DNA of 64,000 bases, from the NCBI GenBank assembly GCA_963667845.2, contig CAXXVL010000002.1, positions 608,001-672,000 on the forward strand, in the 5' to 3' direction. Below, piece after piece: positions 10,673 to 21,024 of this stretch. This DNA is from Smithellaceae bacterium (GTDB lineage: Bacteria > Desulfobacterota > Syntrophia > Syntrophales > Smithellaceae). Positions within the stretch are counted from its first letter, which is position 1; the number at the start of each line of letters is the position of its first letter. A program made the position numbers and the translations under genes. The notes below the pieces were generated by a model. It was not told where the DNA came from. It did not search any database and saw only the letters and a program-made list of their open reading frames with translations.

Positions 10673-12520
10673 TCAAGGCAGTGTGTAACTGATAATTTGT
10701 GGACCAGATGTAAAATAGATATGTTTCCCTCGGATCGCAAACCCTCCGGTAACCTCCAGCGGGGAGTTCGCTATCTGTTTTACTATATGTTTTTCTTCGT
10801 CAATTTTGAAGATGCCGCCGCTGTGCAAACCGTAAAGGTTGCCGTCAACGGCCCGTCCAATGGCATTTGTGATGACATTCCCCAGCCCGCTGGGCTTCAC
10901 AGATATTATCTTCCGTGCCCGCGGGTCGAAGACGAACATGACGCGCCGCTGATTACCAAAACCATAAACCAAACCATTCTTTCCCAAACACAGAGCGTCA
11001 ATACTGCTATTTTCCGACGTTACTACTGTTTCAAAGATTTTCTCGCGCTTGACCGGGTCCCAAAGAAAAATTTTTGCCTCGTCCTGCGTAGGATGGCTGC
11101 CCCCACCACCTCCCGTGGTAGTCCCCCCGACAATGATACCTTCTATCGTGACTGCTAGTGAGATTACCGAATGATCCGTCACTAAATGCATGTATTGATC
11201 AAGCCGTCCTGTTACAGGGTCAAAGACGCATAGTGGACCACCCAGCAGCCCGTAACCGGATACTGCGCCAATGTAAACCTTGTCTTGCGGGCCGGCAATC
11301 ATAGCCATAGGCCGCCAAGAGGCTTTTTCACCTTTAAAATGAATTTGCCGTGGGTTATCGTCCTTTTGGGGTCCCGGTTTCCAGGGCTGTCCAGGTTTGA
11401 AAATCATAATTGGCGAAGGAAAGGAGTATGCAGCCATTATCAGTCTATCCTGCCAAGCGAGAAATGAGTAGATTTCGCCCGTACCGGCAACGGCGATCTC
11501 TTCCCAGTGATCGTTTTCCGGCGATGCCGAAAAGAAGTGCCCTGGCTGACCTGTACCTCCGTAAAGCTTATCATCGGGTCCCTGGCAAATGCGAAAGATA
11601 CTCAGCATTTTTCCCCGGTAACCTGTTTTGATTGGAACTAGTTTGCCATTACGGTCTTGCACAGACATAAGAAAGCCATCATAGTTCAGACGGCGACCAT
11701 CGGCCAGTGTCAGACGCGGTGTCCGAGGCCGGATATTCGCTTCTCCGACTAAGGGTGTTGCTGTAAATCCATCTAGCCTTATCCACTTATCCTCGGCATT
11801 AGCATAAATAATACCATCTACCCCTTGAACAACACTTACTGTGCCATTTCCTCCCATGTTTTGCGGTAGTATGCTTCTGTGTTTACCCGTAGCAATTTCA
11901 TAAGCCACAAGATCGCGTTTTGCCATGCCGATGCCGACGTAAACAAATCCCTTGCTATCGGCAGCTATAGACCTGCTGTATTTTTCAGTCTCACTCATAC
12001 GACCGAGATCTTCGCTCTTGCCAGTCACAGGATTAAAACGAATGAGCTTGGCGTTAGGATAAGTGCAACCGTAGATGTTTTCATCACTTCCGCCCACCAT
12101 TTGCCAAATATATTTTTCAGTACTGCTGGGCCGACCCATATCCACAAGGCTTTTAGATTTCCAATCTAACCGCATGATATGTGCATTGGGTAAGGTACCG
12201 ATATACACATTGCTGTCGCGACCGAGAACCATTGCCCAAGCTCCATATTCGCTGGCCAAAGGGTTTATGAACACATCGGTTGTTCCGGTAAGGGGGTCTA
12301 TGGCAACAACATCAAAAGTATTTCCATAGTAGACATGCGATGCATAGAGCCGCTCTGTCCCTCTTTCATTTCCCGGACCGATGATTTTTGCCAGACAAGA
12401 CCCTATGCCCGTAAACCGACCATGTAGTTTGAAACCGGGTGGCTGGTCGGCCAACACCTCACCACAAAAAACAAACACCCCCAACACGGCGCATAATAGA
12501 GTATACAAGCAATGGACCAT
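10673..12520 (-). CDS. Secreted tandem beta-propeller protein, function unknown
   Basis: Signal peptide MVHCLYTLL...VLA/DQ and repeated G-x-D-x-x-[IVL]-Y-[GI]-G-T and FDP-x-TG blades. Start moved from 12664 to 12520. Confidence 0.6.
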   Translation of the reverse strand: MVHCLYTLLCAVLGVFVFCGEVLADQPPGFKLHGRFTGIGSCLAKIIGPGNERGTERLYASHVYYGNTFDVVAIDPLTGTTDVFINPLASEYGAWAMVLGRDSNVYIGTLPNAHIMRLDWKSKSLVDMGRPSSTEKYIWQMVGGSDENIYGCTYPNAKLIRFNPVTGKSEDLGRMSETEKYSRSIAADSKGFVYVGIGMAKRDLVAYEIATGKHRSILPQNMGGNGTVSVVQGVDGIIYANAEDKWIRLDGFTATPLVGEANIRPRTPRLTLADGRRLNYDGFLMSVQDRNGKLVPIKTGYRGKMLSIFRICQGPDDKLYGGTGQPGHFFSASPENDHWEEIAVAGTGEIYSFLAWQDRLIMAAYSFPSPIMIFKPGQPWKPGPQKDDNPRQIHFKGEKASWRPMAMIAGPQDKVYIGAVSGYGLLGGPLCVFDPVTGRLDQYMHLVTDHSVISLAVTIEGIIVGGTTTGGGGGSHPTQDEAKIFLWDPVKREKIFETVVTSENSSIDALCLGKNGLVYGFGNQRRVMFVFDPRARKIISVKPSGLGNVITNAIGRAVDGNLYGLHSGGIFKIDEEKHIVKQIANSPLEVTGGFAIRGKHIYFTSGPQIISYTLP

Positions 12521-12697
12521 GGGGTAATCCTTTCTTGCCGGCAGATGCGGCGACAGATACCTCGCAACACATTTATTTAAAGCTGCTGAAACCGTGAATC
12601 CGTCCAAAGACAAAATGCCTTTGCTGTTTTTCTCTATTTTTTTACAGTCAGTGATGATCATCATTTATTTTTTATGCAACCAGAGAGCCTAATCAAC

Positions 12698-12753
12698 ATT
12701 AGGCGTTGGGTCATAGGTCATAGGCAATGGGCGATAGGAATTAGGAGTAAAGC
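12698..12753. repeat. Heptamer array
   Basis: attaggc gttgggt cataggt cataggc aatgggc gatagga attagga gtaaagc. Confidence 0.8.
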
Positions 12754-12765
12754 CATGTCATTATC

Positions 12766-14373
12766 CTAACCATCTATTATCCTCAATCCATCTTCAACTT
12801 TGGTGAACGTTTTTCCACAAATTGCGCATTCCAAGGAACCCGGTAATCTCTCTCCACATATGCACATGTAGCCGCTGTTCCTTGCGGGATTGCCAACCAT
12901 TAATGCATGGTCGGGGACGTCCTTTGTCACGACTGCTCCGGCGCCAATGAAGGCGTAACGGCCAATGGTGTGACCGCAGACGATGGTGCAGTTAGCCCCC
13001 ATTGTTGCGCCTTTCCTGACAAGGGTGGGGCGAACCTGGTCCATCTTTCCGATTTCGGCGCGGGGATTGTAGATGTTGGTAAAGACCATCGAAGGCCCGC
13101 AGAAGACGCCGTCTTCCAACGTGACTCCCTTATAAACGCTGACATTGTTTTGTATCTTGCACTTGTTGCCGATCACGGCATCGGGGCCCACAACAACATT
13201 TTGGCCAATGTTGCAGTTTTCACCAATTCTTGAACCGGAAAGAACGTGGGAGAAATGCCAGATTTTTGTGCCTTTGCCGATTACGACTGTGCCATCAACA
13301 ATAGCCGTCGGGTGGACAAAGAAATCAGTTTTATGTTCTAAGTTCAGCGTTCTAGGTTCAATGCTAAAAACGCCAGACTCCTTTTGTTCGATGGATTGCT
13401 GGCAGGCTTCCAGAATTTTGAGAACCCGCAGGCCTTCTTCACCGGACGTGAGCGGTTTGGTGTTATTGGCAATAGAATCCAGAAAGGACCGGCATTCAGC
13501 CTTCAAGGGCTCTTCCCATATGTCGCTCAGGTCAATTGCCTTACCTTCGACCCTTTCCGACACGGGCATTCCATTTTGCCAGGTGATTTGATTGGGGTAA
13601 TGTATTAATTTTTTCTCGATGGATTGCGTATCGTCAAATACCATCATGCCCTGGCTGCCGATGACGACCAGACGCTGTTCTTTGAAGGGATTGAGCCAAC
13701 TGACAAAGATATGCGCACCAATGCCTGAGGGAAACTTGAGATTGGAAACGGTAACGTCAGGAATCCGGGCATGGAGAAAGTTGCTTCCTACAGCGTCGAT
13801 GTAACAGGGCTCTTCTCCGGTGATGCCAAGTATGACGGAGATATCATGCGGGGCAAAGGACCACAGAATATTTTCTTCGCGGCGAATCTTGCCTAGAGAG
13901 AGCCTGCGGGAATAGATGTACTGAAGCCGGCCGATCTCGCCCTGGTTGATCATCTCTTTCATCCGGACTACTGCGGAATGGTAATGAAGAATGTGACCGA
14001 CGAAAAGTTTCTTACCTTTTTCACGCGCCAGATCAACCAAGTTAAGGCCTTCTGTGTAAGTTAAAGCGAGTGGCTTTTCCACAAAGACATGCTTGCCTGC
14101 GTTCAACGCCGCCATTGCAAGATTATAGTGGGCAACTGCCGGCGCGGCAATCACCACTGCATCAATTGATTTATCATCGAATATCTCATTTTCATTGTCG
14201 ATAATCCGTTTGTCGGGATAATCTTTTGCCAATTGTTGATGAATTTTTGCATCTGCGTCGCAAACTGTTTTTAAAACACCCAGTTGATGAAAATTACGGA
14301 CGAGATTCTTGCCCCAGTAACCGGCACCGATGACGGCGACGTGAGGGGTTAGGGGTGCGGCGTTAGGTGTCAT
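12766..14373 (-). CDS. WbpB-like 3-dehydrogenase fused to WbpD-like hexapeptide N-acetyltransferase
   Basis: N-terminal GAGYWG, EKP, WSFAPHD. C-terminal [37 protein letters not shown] and a Cys tail. Confidence 0.9.
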   Translation of the reverse strand: MTPNAAPLTPHVAVIGAGYWGKNLVRNFHQLGVLKTVCDADAKIHQQLAKDYPDKRIIDNENEIFDDKSIDAVVIAAPAVAHYNLAMAALNAGKHVFVEKPLALTYTEGLNLVDLAREKGKKLFVGHILHYHSAVVRMKEMINQGEIGRLQYIYSRRLSLGKIRREENILWSFAPHDISVILGITGEEPCYIDAVGSNFLHARIPDVTVSNLKFPSGIGAHIFVSWLNPFKEQRLVVIGSQGMMVFDDTQSIEKKLIHYPNQITWQNGMPVSERVEGKAIDLSDIWEEPLKAECRSFLDSIANNTKPLTSGEEGLRVLKILEACQQSIEQKESGVFSIEPRTLNLEHKTDFFVHPTAIVDGTVVIGKGTKIWHFSHVLSGSRIGENCNIGQNVVVGPDAVIGNKCKIQNNVSVYKGVTLEDGVFCGPSMVFTNIYNPRAEIGKMDQVRPTLVRKGATMGANCTIVCGHTIGRYAFIGAGAVVTKDVPDHALMVGNPARNSGYMCICGERLPGSLECAICGKTFTKVEDGLRIIDG

Positions 14374-14509
14374 TGTTTTTTCCTTTCGCGTAGATACTTT
14401 ATAAAGTCGCCCAAAGGGCCGAAGACTTTGCCGATTTGTTCTAGAACAGGATCTGGATTTGTGATGTATCCTAAACTTTTACAATAAGCAGTTGGCTTTC
14501 TACCTCGCA
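14370..14509 (-). pseudogene. 3' remnant of a four-helix-bundle (IVP/Avd-like) gene
   Basis: Manual translation with one frameshift gives [45 protein letters not shown]. This matches helices 3-4 of 22762..23130 (GELRTQVYIAQQIGI...LQGLIRSL). Its TGA overlaps the next ATG. Confidence 0.7.
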
Positions 14510-14514
14510 AGTTT

Positions 14515-15666
14515 TCAGATCGTAAAGTGCTCTTTCACGCCGTACTCCGTACTCCTCAAACCTAACACTTTAAGAATTTTCTTAGCTGCCTGTCCATCGC
14601 CATATAGTGTCCCCTGTCCTGATGGGGGTATAAAATTGTGGACAGCAGCTATGATTGCAGTTGCATTAGCACCTGTAAGCCTATTCCATCCGTTTTCTAC
14701 AGTTTCTACCCATTCTGTCTCATCCCGCAGGGTAACACACGGAACTTTAAGCCAGTACGCCTCTTTCTGAATCCCCCCAGAATCAGTAAGTATCATCCTT
14801 GCTGCGTTTTCCAGGGCGATCATGTCAAAATAGCCCACGGGATCAATGATTCTTATATGGGGCTTCGGTTGCCAATTCATATCATGAAGGATCTTTTTTG
14901 TACGGGGATGTATCGGAAACACAATTGTTTCTTCTATGGAATCCAGTGCGTTTATAATATTTTGAAGGTGTTCTTTATTATCTGTATTCTCGGCACGGTG
15001 GACCGTCGCTAATAGATAAGTTTTGTGCTGTAAATGAAATTTTTCTTCGATTGCGTAGCGATCATGAATTTTACGGACAGCAAACTGCAAGGCATCAGCC
15101 ATCACATCGCCTACGAGAAAGACGTGAGGTGTGAGGCGTAAAGAGTTAGGGGTTAGGGATGAGGCAATGCCTTCATCAGAGAGATTATTGACAGCGACTT
15201 GGCTGGGGCAAAATAAAAAACGGGAGAGATGATCTGCCACGACCCGGTTGATTTCTTCGGGCATCCGGCGATTGAAACTCCTCAGCCCTGCTTCTACATG
15301 GGCAATCGGAATATGTAGTTTGGCTGCGGCAAGAGCACTAGCCAGCGTGGAATTTGTATCCCCGTATATCAACACCCAGTCCGGCTTTTCTATCAGAAGG
15401 ACTTCTTCAATAGCGGCCAGCATCTGTCCCGTCTGTGCGCCGTGAGTCCCTGAACCGATACCCAAATTGTATGCAGGATCGGGTATTTCCAACTCACGGA
15501 AAAAAACAGCGGACATGTCGTCATCATAGTGTTGCCCTGTATGGACAATAACTTCTGTAAGGCGTGAGGCGTGAGGCGTCACACGATTATAAACGGCAAT
15601 GGCGCGGGATATCGCAGCAGCCTTGATGAATTGGGGCCGGGCGCCGACGATTGTGCATATCTTCAT
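14515..15666 (-). CDS. wecB: Non-hydrolysing UDP-GlcNAc(3NAcA) 2-epimerase (WecB/WbpI)
   Basis: GARPQFIK, HTGQHYD, YGDTNST, HVEAGLRS, MPEEINR, TDSGGIQKEA. Confidence 0.92.
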   Translation of the reverse strand: MKICTIVGARPQFIKAAAISRAIAVYNRVTPHASRLTEVIVHTGQHYDDDMSAVFFRELEIPDPAYNLGIGSGTHGAQTGQMLAAIEEVLLIEKPDWVLIYGDTNSTLASALAAAKLHIPIAHVEAGLRSFNRRMPEEINRVVADHLSRFLFCPSQVAVNNLSDEGIASSLTPNSLRLTPHVFLVGDVMADALQFAVRKIHDRYAIEEKFHLQHKTYLLATVHRAENTDNKEHLQNIINALDSIEETIVFPIHPRTKKILHDMNWQPKPHIRIIDPVGYFDMIALENAARMILTDSGGIQKEAYWLKVPCVTLRDETEWVETVENGWNRLTGANATAIIAAVHNFIPPSGQGTLYGDGQAAKKILKVLGLRSTEYGVKEHFTI

Positions 15667-15669
15667 GGT

Positions 15670-16875
15670 TTACCGTCCATTGCTTAAGATCGCGGAGGTT
15701 TCTTTCTGCTCATCTTCCGTGAGATATGGATGCATGGGCAGACTAAAGATGCGTCCGGCGCAGTCCTCACTAACCCGCAAATCACCTTTTTTATATCCCA
15801 GATATGCAAAGGCAGTCTGTACATGTAGCGGTTTAGGATAGTAAATAGCTGACGGAATCTTATTGTCCCGAAGTCTCTTCAACAGGGCGGAGCGATGATC
15901 TTCATCCCGGGCAAGAAGTGAGTATTGGGCCCAGGCGGACCGCGCTTCGTGCGGCATGTAAGGGGTTATGGGCAATGGGCTATCGTTTATAGTTGATGGT
16001 GAATGGTGGATGGTGGATAGTAAATCCGTGTAGCGTTGGGCTACGGTTTGACGTAGTTCGACTTCTTCCGGGAATATATCAAACTTTGCAAGCAGAATGG
16101 CTGCCTGGATCGTATCTAGACGGCCATTGATTCCGATGCGGACGTTGTCATATTTATCGCCGCCTTTTCCATGCACGCGAATGGATTCCACCATTTCCGC
16201 CAAATTGTCGTTATTAGTAAAACACATGCCGCCGTCGCCATAACAGCCCAGCGGCTTGGCCGGGAAAAAAGATGTGCAGGCGATATCTCCGAAAGAGCAG
16301 GACATTTTATCTTTGTATCTTCCACCAAATGATTGCGCGGCGTCTTCAATTACAAATAAGCCGTGGTCGTTGGCGATGGCGTTGATAGCATCGTAATCAG
16401 CCGGTAGACCAAAGAGGTCAACAGGGATCACGCCCCTTGGGGTGAGTGCAACGTTCAAGGTTCTATGTTCAACCATGGGCAGGGGACAAACGGATGGATC
16501 GTTGGTTTTTACGGCTTGGATGGCTAATGCCAATTTCTTGGGATCGATATTGAAGGTCTTTGGATCAATATCTACAAAGACCGGTGTAGCACCCAGCAGG
16601 TTGATAACTTCAGCCGTGGCAATGAAAGTAAAAGGCGTGGTGAAAATCGCATCACCTGGGCCGACTCCGTAGGCCATCAGGGCCATGAGAAGAGCGTCCG
16701 TCCCCGATGCGCAGGCAATGGCATGCTTCACGCCAACATAGGCGGCGAGTCTCTTCTCCAGTTCCTTTATTTCTGGCCCCATGACGTATTGGCCGTGCCT
16801 CAATACTCTTTGAATATTTCGGTCAATCTGCTCTTTAATGCGTCGCTGCTGTTCGGCTAAATCGATAAAATCCAT
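15670..16875 (-). CDS. DegT/DnrJ/EryC1/StrS aminotransferase (WbpE-like)
   Basis: SGTDAL, PFTFIATAE, IEDAAQS, SFFPAKPLGCYGDGG, NGRLDTIQAA. Confidence 0.92.
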   Translation of the reverse strand: MDFIDLAEQQRRIKEQIDRNIQRVLRHGQYVMGPEIKELEKRLAAYVGVKHAIACASGTDALLMALMAYGVGPGDAIFTTPFTFIATAEVINLLGATPVFVDIDPKTFNIDPKKLALAIQAVKTNDPSVCPLPMVEHRTLNVALTPRGVIPVDLFGLPADYDAINAIANDHGLFVIEDAAQSFGGRYKDKMSCSFGDIACTSFFPAKPLGCYGDGGMCFTNNDNLAEMVESIRVHGKGGDKYDNVRIGINGRLDTIQAAILLAKFDIFPEEVELRQTVAQRYTDLLSTIHHSPSTINDSPLPITPYMPHEARSAWAQYSLLARDEDHRSALLKRLRDNKIPSAIYYPKPLHVQTAFAYLGYKKGDLRVSEDCAGRIFSLPMHPYLTEDEQKETSAILSNGR

Positions 16876-17934
16876 TTATTTCACCTCTTGTCTCGTGTTG
16901 GCCATGTTATTCTTGTACCACTCGATGGCTACATCGAGACCATCTTCAATTTTATGTGTCGGTTGATAACCGAGAATTATTCCGGCTTTTGCGATATCAG
17001 CATGTGAATGCATAATATCCCCCTGTCTGAAATCCCCGTAAGTCGGTTTAAATTCATTCAGATGCGGATAATGGGGTTTAAGACGTGTCCGAATAACTTC
17101 AAATAGTTGATTCAGGGTTGTTCGGGCATTCACCGCAATGTTATAAACTTGGTTGACCGCCTCCGGATTTTCTGTTGTCGCGGCTAGAATATTGGCTTGC
17201 ACAACATTCTCCACAAAGCAGAAATCTCTGCTTGTTTCTCCGGTTCCGTTTATATAAACTGCATTTCCATGGATCATGTCCCCGATCCATTTGGGAATCA
17301 CTGCTGCATAGGCCCCATTGGGATCCTGCCGAGGACCGAATACATTAAAATACCTAAGTCCGACTGTTTCTGTTCCATAACATCGGCTGAATACCCCCGC
17401 ATACAACTCATTGACGTATTTCGTGACCGCATAAGGGGAAAGGGGCAAACCTATGTTATCCTCAACCTTGGGAAGTGTGGGATCATCACCATATACGGAA
17501 CTACTGGTCGCATAGACAAATCGTTGGACTTTACATTCCTTGGCCGCAACCAGCATATTCAAGGTACCCGTTATATTGTTATCATTAAAACCTACTGGAT
17601 CAGATATCGATCGGGGGACTGACCCTTGGGCAGCTTGATGGAGTATAAAGTCGATACCATCGGTAAGTTTATGGCAAACAGTGAGGTCTCTGACATCCCC
17701 TTTCACAAAGCTGAACCTTTGCCATTGATCAGCACTAATTACTTCTTTTATCTGATCAAGGTTTTCTCTCTTCCCATTGGAGAAATTATCCAATCCCGTG
17801 ACTTTTTGACCCAGGAGCAGGAGGTGCTCCACGAGATGTGAACCGATAAAACCCGCTGCACCCGTAATAAGCCATCGCCTTGGCTTACGACGAAGCATCT
17901 CTTTTGTTTCTTCATACATCCTATTATTAATCAT
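16876..17934 (-). CDS. wbpP: UDP-GlcNAc(A) 4-epimerase (WbpP/TviC-like)
   Basis: [50 protein letters not shown]. Confidence 0.9.
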   Translation of the reverse strand: MINNRMYEETKEMLRRKPRRWLITGAAGFIGSHLVEHLLLLGQKVTGLDNFSNGKRENLDQIKEVISADQWQRFSFVKGDVRDLTVCHKLTDGIDFILHQAAQGSVPRSISDPVGFNDNNITGTLNMLVAAKECKVQRFVYATSSSVYGDDPTLPKVEDNIGLPLSPYAVTKYVNELYAGVFSRCYGTETVGLRYFNVFGPRQDPNGAYAAVIPKWIGDMIHGNAVYINGTGETSRDFCFVENVVQANILAATTENPEAVNQVYNIAVNARTTLNQLFEVIRTRLKPHYPHLNEFKPTYGDFRQGDIMHSHADIAKAGIILGYQPTHKIEDGLDVAIEWYKNNMANTRQEVK

Positions 17935-18065
17935 TGTTTCAATCCTTACTCCATTCTAAAATAATAATTTTCAACTCATTATGCTGTCATTTAATCAGCT
18001 TGATACGACCATACCTAAGGCCACTGACCTCGCAATCGAGTTCGAAATAGCGACGGATGAATATC

Positions 18066-19019
18066 CTATTTTGCAAAAGTCTGCTGGCGTCTATAGAACA
18101 TATCCAATTTATCATTTATTTCACGAACAAGATAATTAGCGCCTTCCCGGCTCAAATGTTTTCCATCGTAATAATTGCTTAGATCACATCTAAATGCTAA
18201 GTGCTCATCATCATTAAGATTCCATATGAGATCGTTTTTATCGAAAATTTTATCAATTTTTTCTTTATATGTTTTAAACCGCTTTTCATCATAATTAGCC
18301 ATGAAATAGGGGTAGTAGAATCCAAATATTTTAACACCTCTTTTTCTTGATAAATTTATTAATTCTAAAAGTTCATTATATGCAATGCCATCAATAAACT
18401 CCACCTGGTTCAAGGTTAGTTTTGTGATTGCAACATTATCAATTTTGATTATTGGTTGTTTTGTTGCTGTTGATTTCTCTGCCAACAATTTAATATTATT
18501 ATATCCATAATCATTGTAAACATCATGACTGAAACCAAACAAGGCAGAAATCTTATGACCATAAAATTTTAATGTTTGCATAGAACCAAGGGAAGACCAA
18601 TATTCTTTTTGATTAATGTATGATGTCTTTCGTCCATGATCCTTTGTTATGTAAGGGTATAAACAAACAATAATAAACTTCAAATTCCCATTATGGATAA
18701 TATTTTCCACAATATATTTCAGTTCGGATATATTGCCACCATTCAGAGATGCATTATAAATCTTGTATCCTGAAATCTTTTTGGTATCGAGATTGTCGGA
18801 AACAGAAGGTCCGATGAGAATGCCTTCAAAATTGGCGGGTATATAGTTATAAGATAAAAGATACTTGGAGGTTCTTTCGTTGTCCCATATTTTAATTGAT
18901 TTTCCTTTTGCGCTGCCAAAAAGTCCGTATTCATTCATATAGATATTGAATGACACAGTAACCGTTATGAAACACGCGGAAAGTAATAGTGTCGTATAAA
19001 AGAACTTTTTAAAAGTCAT
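18066..19019 (-). CDS. Membrane-anchored SGNH/DltD-like partner of the MBOAT
   Basis: N-terminal TM, ILIGPS, YNAS..GG and a C-terminal YYDGKHL (DxxH). Overlaps the MBOAT stop. Confidence 0.55.
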   Translation of the reverse strand: MTFKKFFYTTLLLSACFITVTVSFNIYMNEYGLFGSAKGKSIKIWDNERTSKYLLSYNYIPANFEGILIGPSVSDNLDTKKISGYKIYNASLNGGNISELKYIVENIIHNGNLKFIIVCLYPYITKDHGRKTSYINQKEYWSSLGSMQTLKFYGHKISALFGFSHDVYNDYGYNNIKLLAEKSTATKQPIIKIDNVAITKLTLNQVEFIDGIAYNELLELINLSRKRGVKIFGFYYPYFMANYDEKRFKTYKEKIDKIFDKNDLIWNLNDDEHLAFRCDLSNYYDGKHLSREGANYLVREINDKLDMFYRRQQTFAK

Positions 19020-20487
19020 TATAGATAAATCCCTTTGGAATAGTCGAGTTTAGGAATAATAGACTTATGCTAATTAATAAAACTGTGATTGTTACCATAC
19101 GCATCGATGTTGAAAATTTTTGCGGTATTGCATTTGAGTTTTTTAGCGTGAAAATTATCAAGATAGAAATTGAGCCTATTACTAGTGCCATCACGTGGTC
19201 GTCAAACCGTCTGCTTTGAAATGCAGATAATCCATTAAGCGCATTCAAACCAATCATGGCTTTTAACACATCTATCGCATCATGAAAACTTTTTGCCCGG
19301 AAAAATACCCAGGCAATATTAACAACATTAAAAGTAATAAAAATTGCCAAAAATTTTGATATTCTTATATTGATTTTATGCCAGAACCTGTTAATGCATA
19401 AAGCAACGCCATGTATTCCTCCCCAGATAATAAATGTCCAACCGGCCCCATGCCAGAGTCCACCGATCAGAAATGTGATCATTATATTGATATAAGTTGA
19501 AATTCCACCTTTTCTGCTCCCCCCGAGGGGAATGTAGATATAGTCCCGCAAGAAGCGGCTAAGCGTTATATGCCAACGTCGCCAGAAATCCTGAATATTG
19601 ACTGCTAAATACGGGGAATTGAAATTAAAGGGCAATTTGATATTGAAGAAATAGGCCGTTCCGATGGCCATATCCGTGTAACCACTGAAGTCAAAGTAAA
19701 TCTGGAAAGTGTAACTGAGCGATGTAATCCAGGCTTCTACTAAAGACAGGGACTGTGTTGTCGCATATCCCAAATCTGCATATATCGCAAATGTATCAGC
19801 AATAACGACGCGTTTGCATAAACCGACGAAAAAGATGAAGAGCCCTAAAGATATATTGCGGTAATCAACATGTTTTTGTGATGCAAGTTGAAATTGTGGC
19901 ATTAGATCATTGTACTTGGTAATAGGCCCCATCAAAAGTCGCGGGAAGAAGGTGATGAAGATACAATAGCTGATGAAATTGGCTTCTTTTATTTCATTAC
20001 GATAAGTATCGACAAGATAAGTGATTTGTTGGAAAGTATAGAAACTAATGGCCAGAGGGATTGCAAGTCGCAAGAAAGAAATATTCAGATTGCTGATCAG
20101 ATTGACATTGGCAATGAAAAAATCAGCATATTTAAAAAATGCAAGCAAGCCGACATTGAAGATAATTCCGATGGCAAGAAAAACTCTTGATGATGATTTC
20201 GGTAAACTATTCTCTGCCTGAAAATTATTCGCACTGGATTCATGATTATTGGGATTATTTTGCCGGATGGCAATGCTGCAAGCATAATTTACTCCAATAG
20301 ACAAAAGCAAAAGAGGAAGATAGGTTAACGTTCCAAAGCCATAAAACATCAAGGAAACAATGACAAGCCAGTATCTACAAGCTGTTTCACTGTATTTACT
20401 TAATAAAAAATAAACGATCACGGAAATAGGAAAAAATACAAAGATGTAGGGGAAAGAGTTAAATAACATCTGGTGGCTCATCTTCAA
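19009..20487 (-). CDS. MBOAT O-acyltransferase (AlgI/PatA/DltB-like)
   Basis: PLAISFYTFQ, FFPRLLMGPI, YFDFSGYTDMA, FWRRWHITLS, GLWHGAGW. Confidence 0.92.
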   Translation of the reverse strand: MKMSHQMLFNSFPYIFVFFPISVIVYFLLSKYSETACRYWLVIVSLMFYGFGTLTYLPLLLLSIGVNYACSIAIRQNNPNNHESSANNFQAENSLPKSSSRVFLAIGIIFNVGLLAFFKYADFFIANVNLISNLNISFLRLAIPLAISFYTFQQITYLVDTYRNEIKEANFISYCIFITFFPRLLMGPITKYNDLMPQFQLASQKHVDYRNISLGLFIFFVGLCKRVVIADTFAIYADLGYATTQSLSLVEAWITSLSYTFQIYFDFSGYTDMAIGTAYFFNIKLPFNFNSPYLAVNIQDFWRRWHITLSRFLRDYIYIPLGGSRKGGISTYINIMITFLIGGLWHGAGWTFIIWGGIHGVALCINRFWHKINIRISKFLAIFITFNVVNIAWVFFRAKSFHDAIDVLKAMIGLNALNGLSAFQSRRFDDHVMALVIGSISILIIFTLKNSNAIPQKFSTSMRMVTITVLLISISLLFLNSTIPKGFIYNDF

Positions 20488-20545
20488 AGTGCGTGGGCAA
20501 AATACAGAGTTGATATGAGACGTTCATTACCGCCAAGACTTGATA

Positions 20546-20566
20546 CAGCTCCGCTCTCTGGGTTAC
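20546..20566 (-). promoter_or_regulatory. JUMPStart/ops-like leader motif, copy 1
   Basis: Minus strand GTAACCCAGAGAGCGGAGCTG, with GGCGGTAA at 20527-20534. Lies upstream of the MBOAT gene. Confidence 0.55.
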
Positions 20567-20572
20567 AGGAAA

Positions 20573-20615
20573 AGATAGTTTTAAGATTTAAGTTTTAAGT
20601 TTTAAGCAATTAAGA
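20573..20615. repeat. Heptamer array (TTTAAGN)
   Basis: tttaaga tttaagt tttaagt tttaagc. Confidence 0.85.
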
Positions 20616-20638
20616 CCTAAAACTACCTTGCTCTCTGG

Positions 20639-21013
20639 TCAATTCTTTTGTCCGTTGGCAGTTGCGTTTTCTAAAAGTTTAACTTCTTTTTTTAACTGCT
20701 GGATTTCTTTTTCTAGCTTTTCGTATTCGGCTATTTTCCGTTTAAGAAAACGGTAGGTGATTTTTGCTTTTTCTTCGATGCCGCTTGGTGTTAAAAAATA
20801 TAGATAGGCGATTTTATTTTGGGAGTTTTTGAAATTTTCAGCCTTAACAAAACCTTTTTCAATCACGGCTTTGACTAGAAAATTGATCTTGCCTAAACTT
20901 AAACCCAGATGCGACGAAAGATCGCGCTGAGTCATTTGAGGATTGGCATTGATCGCCTGCAAAAGCATCAGCATCTCATCGGTTGGTATATTCTTCTTTT
21001 TAGGTATCATCAT
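20639..21013 (-). CDS. EPS-associated MarR-family transcriptional regulator
   Basis: [39 protein letters not shown]. Confidence 0.9.
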   Translation of the reverse strand: MMIPKKKNIPTDEMLMLLQAINANPQMTQRDLSSHLGLSLGKINFLVKAVIEKGFVKAENFKNSQNKIAYLYFLTPSGIEEKAKITYRFLKRKIAEYEKLEKEIQQLKKEVKLLENATANGQKN

Positions 21014-21024
21014 AAATTATGGTA

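Noticed and set aside
10525..10740. 71-aa ORF between the propeller gene and GT2
   Set aside because: It overlaps the upstream gene and has no motif or clear RBS.
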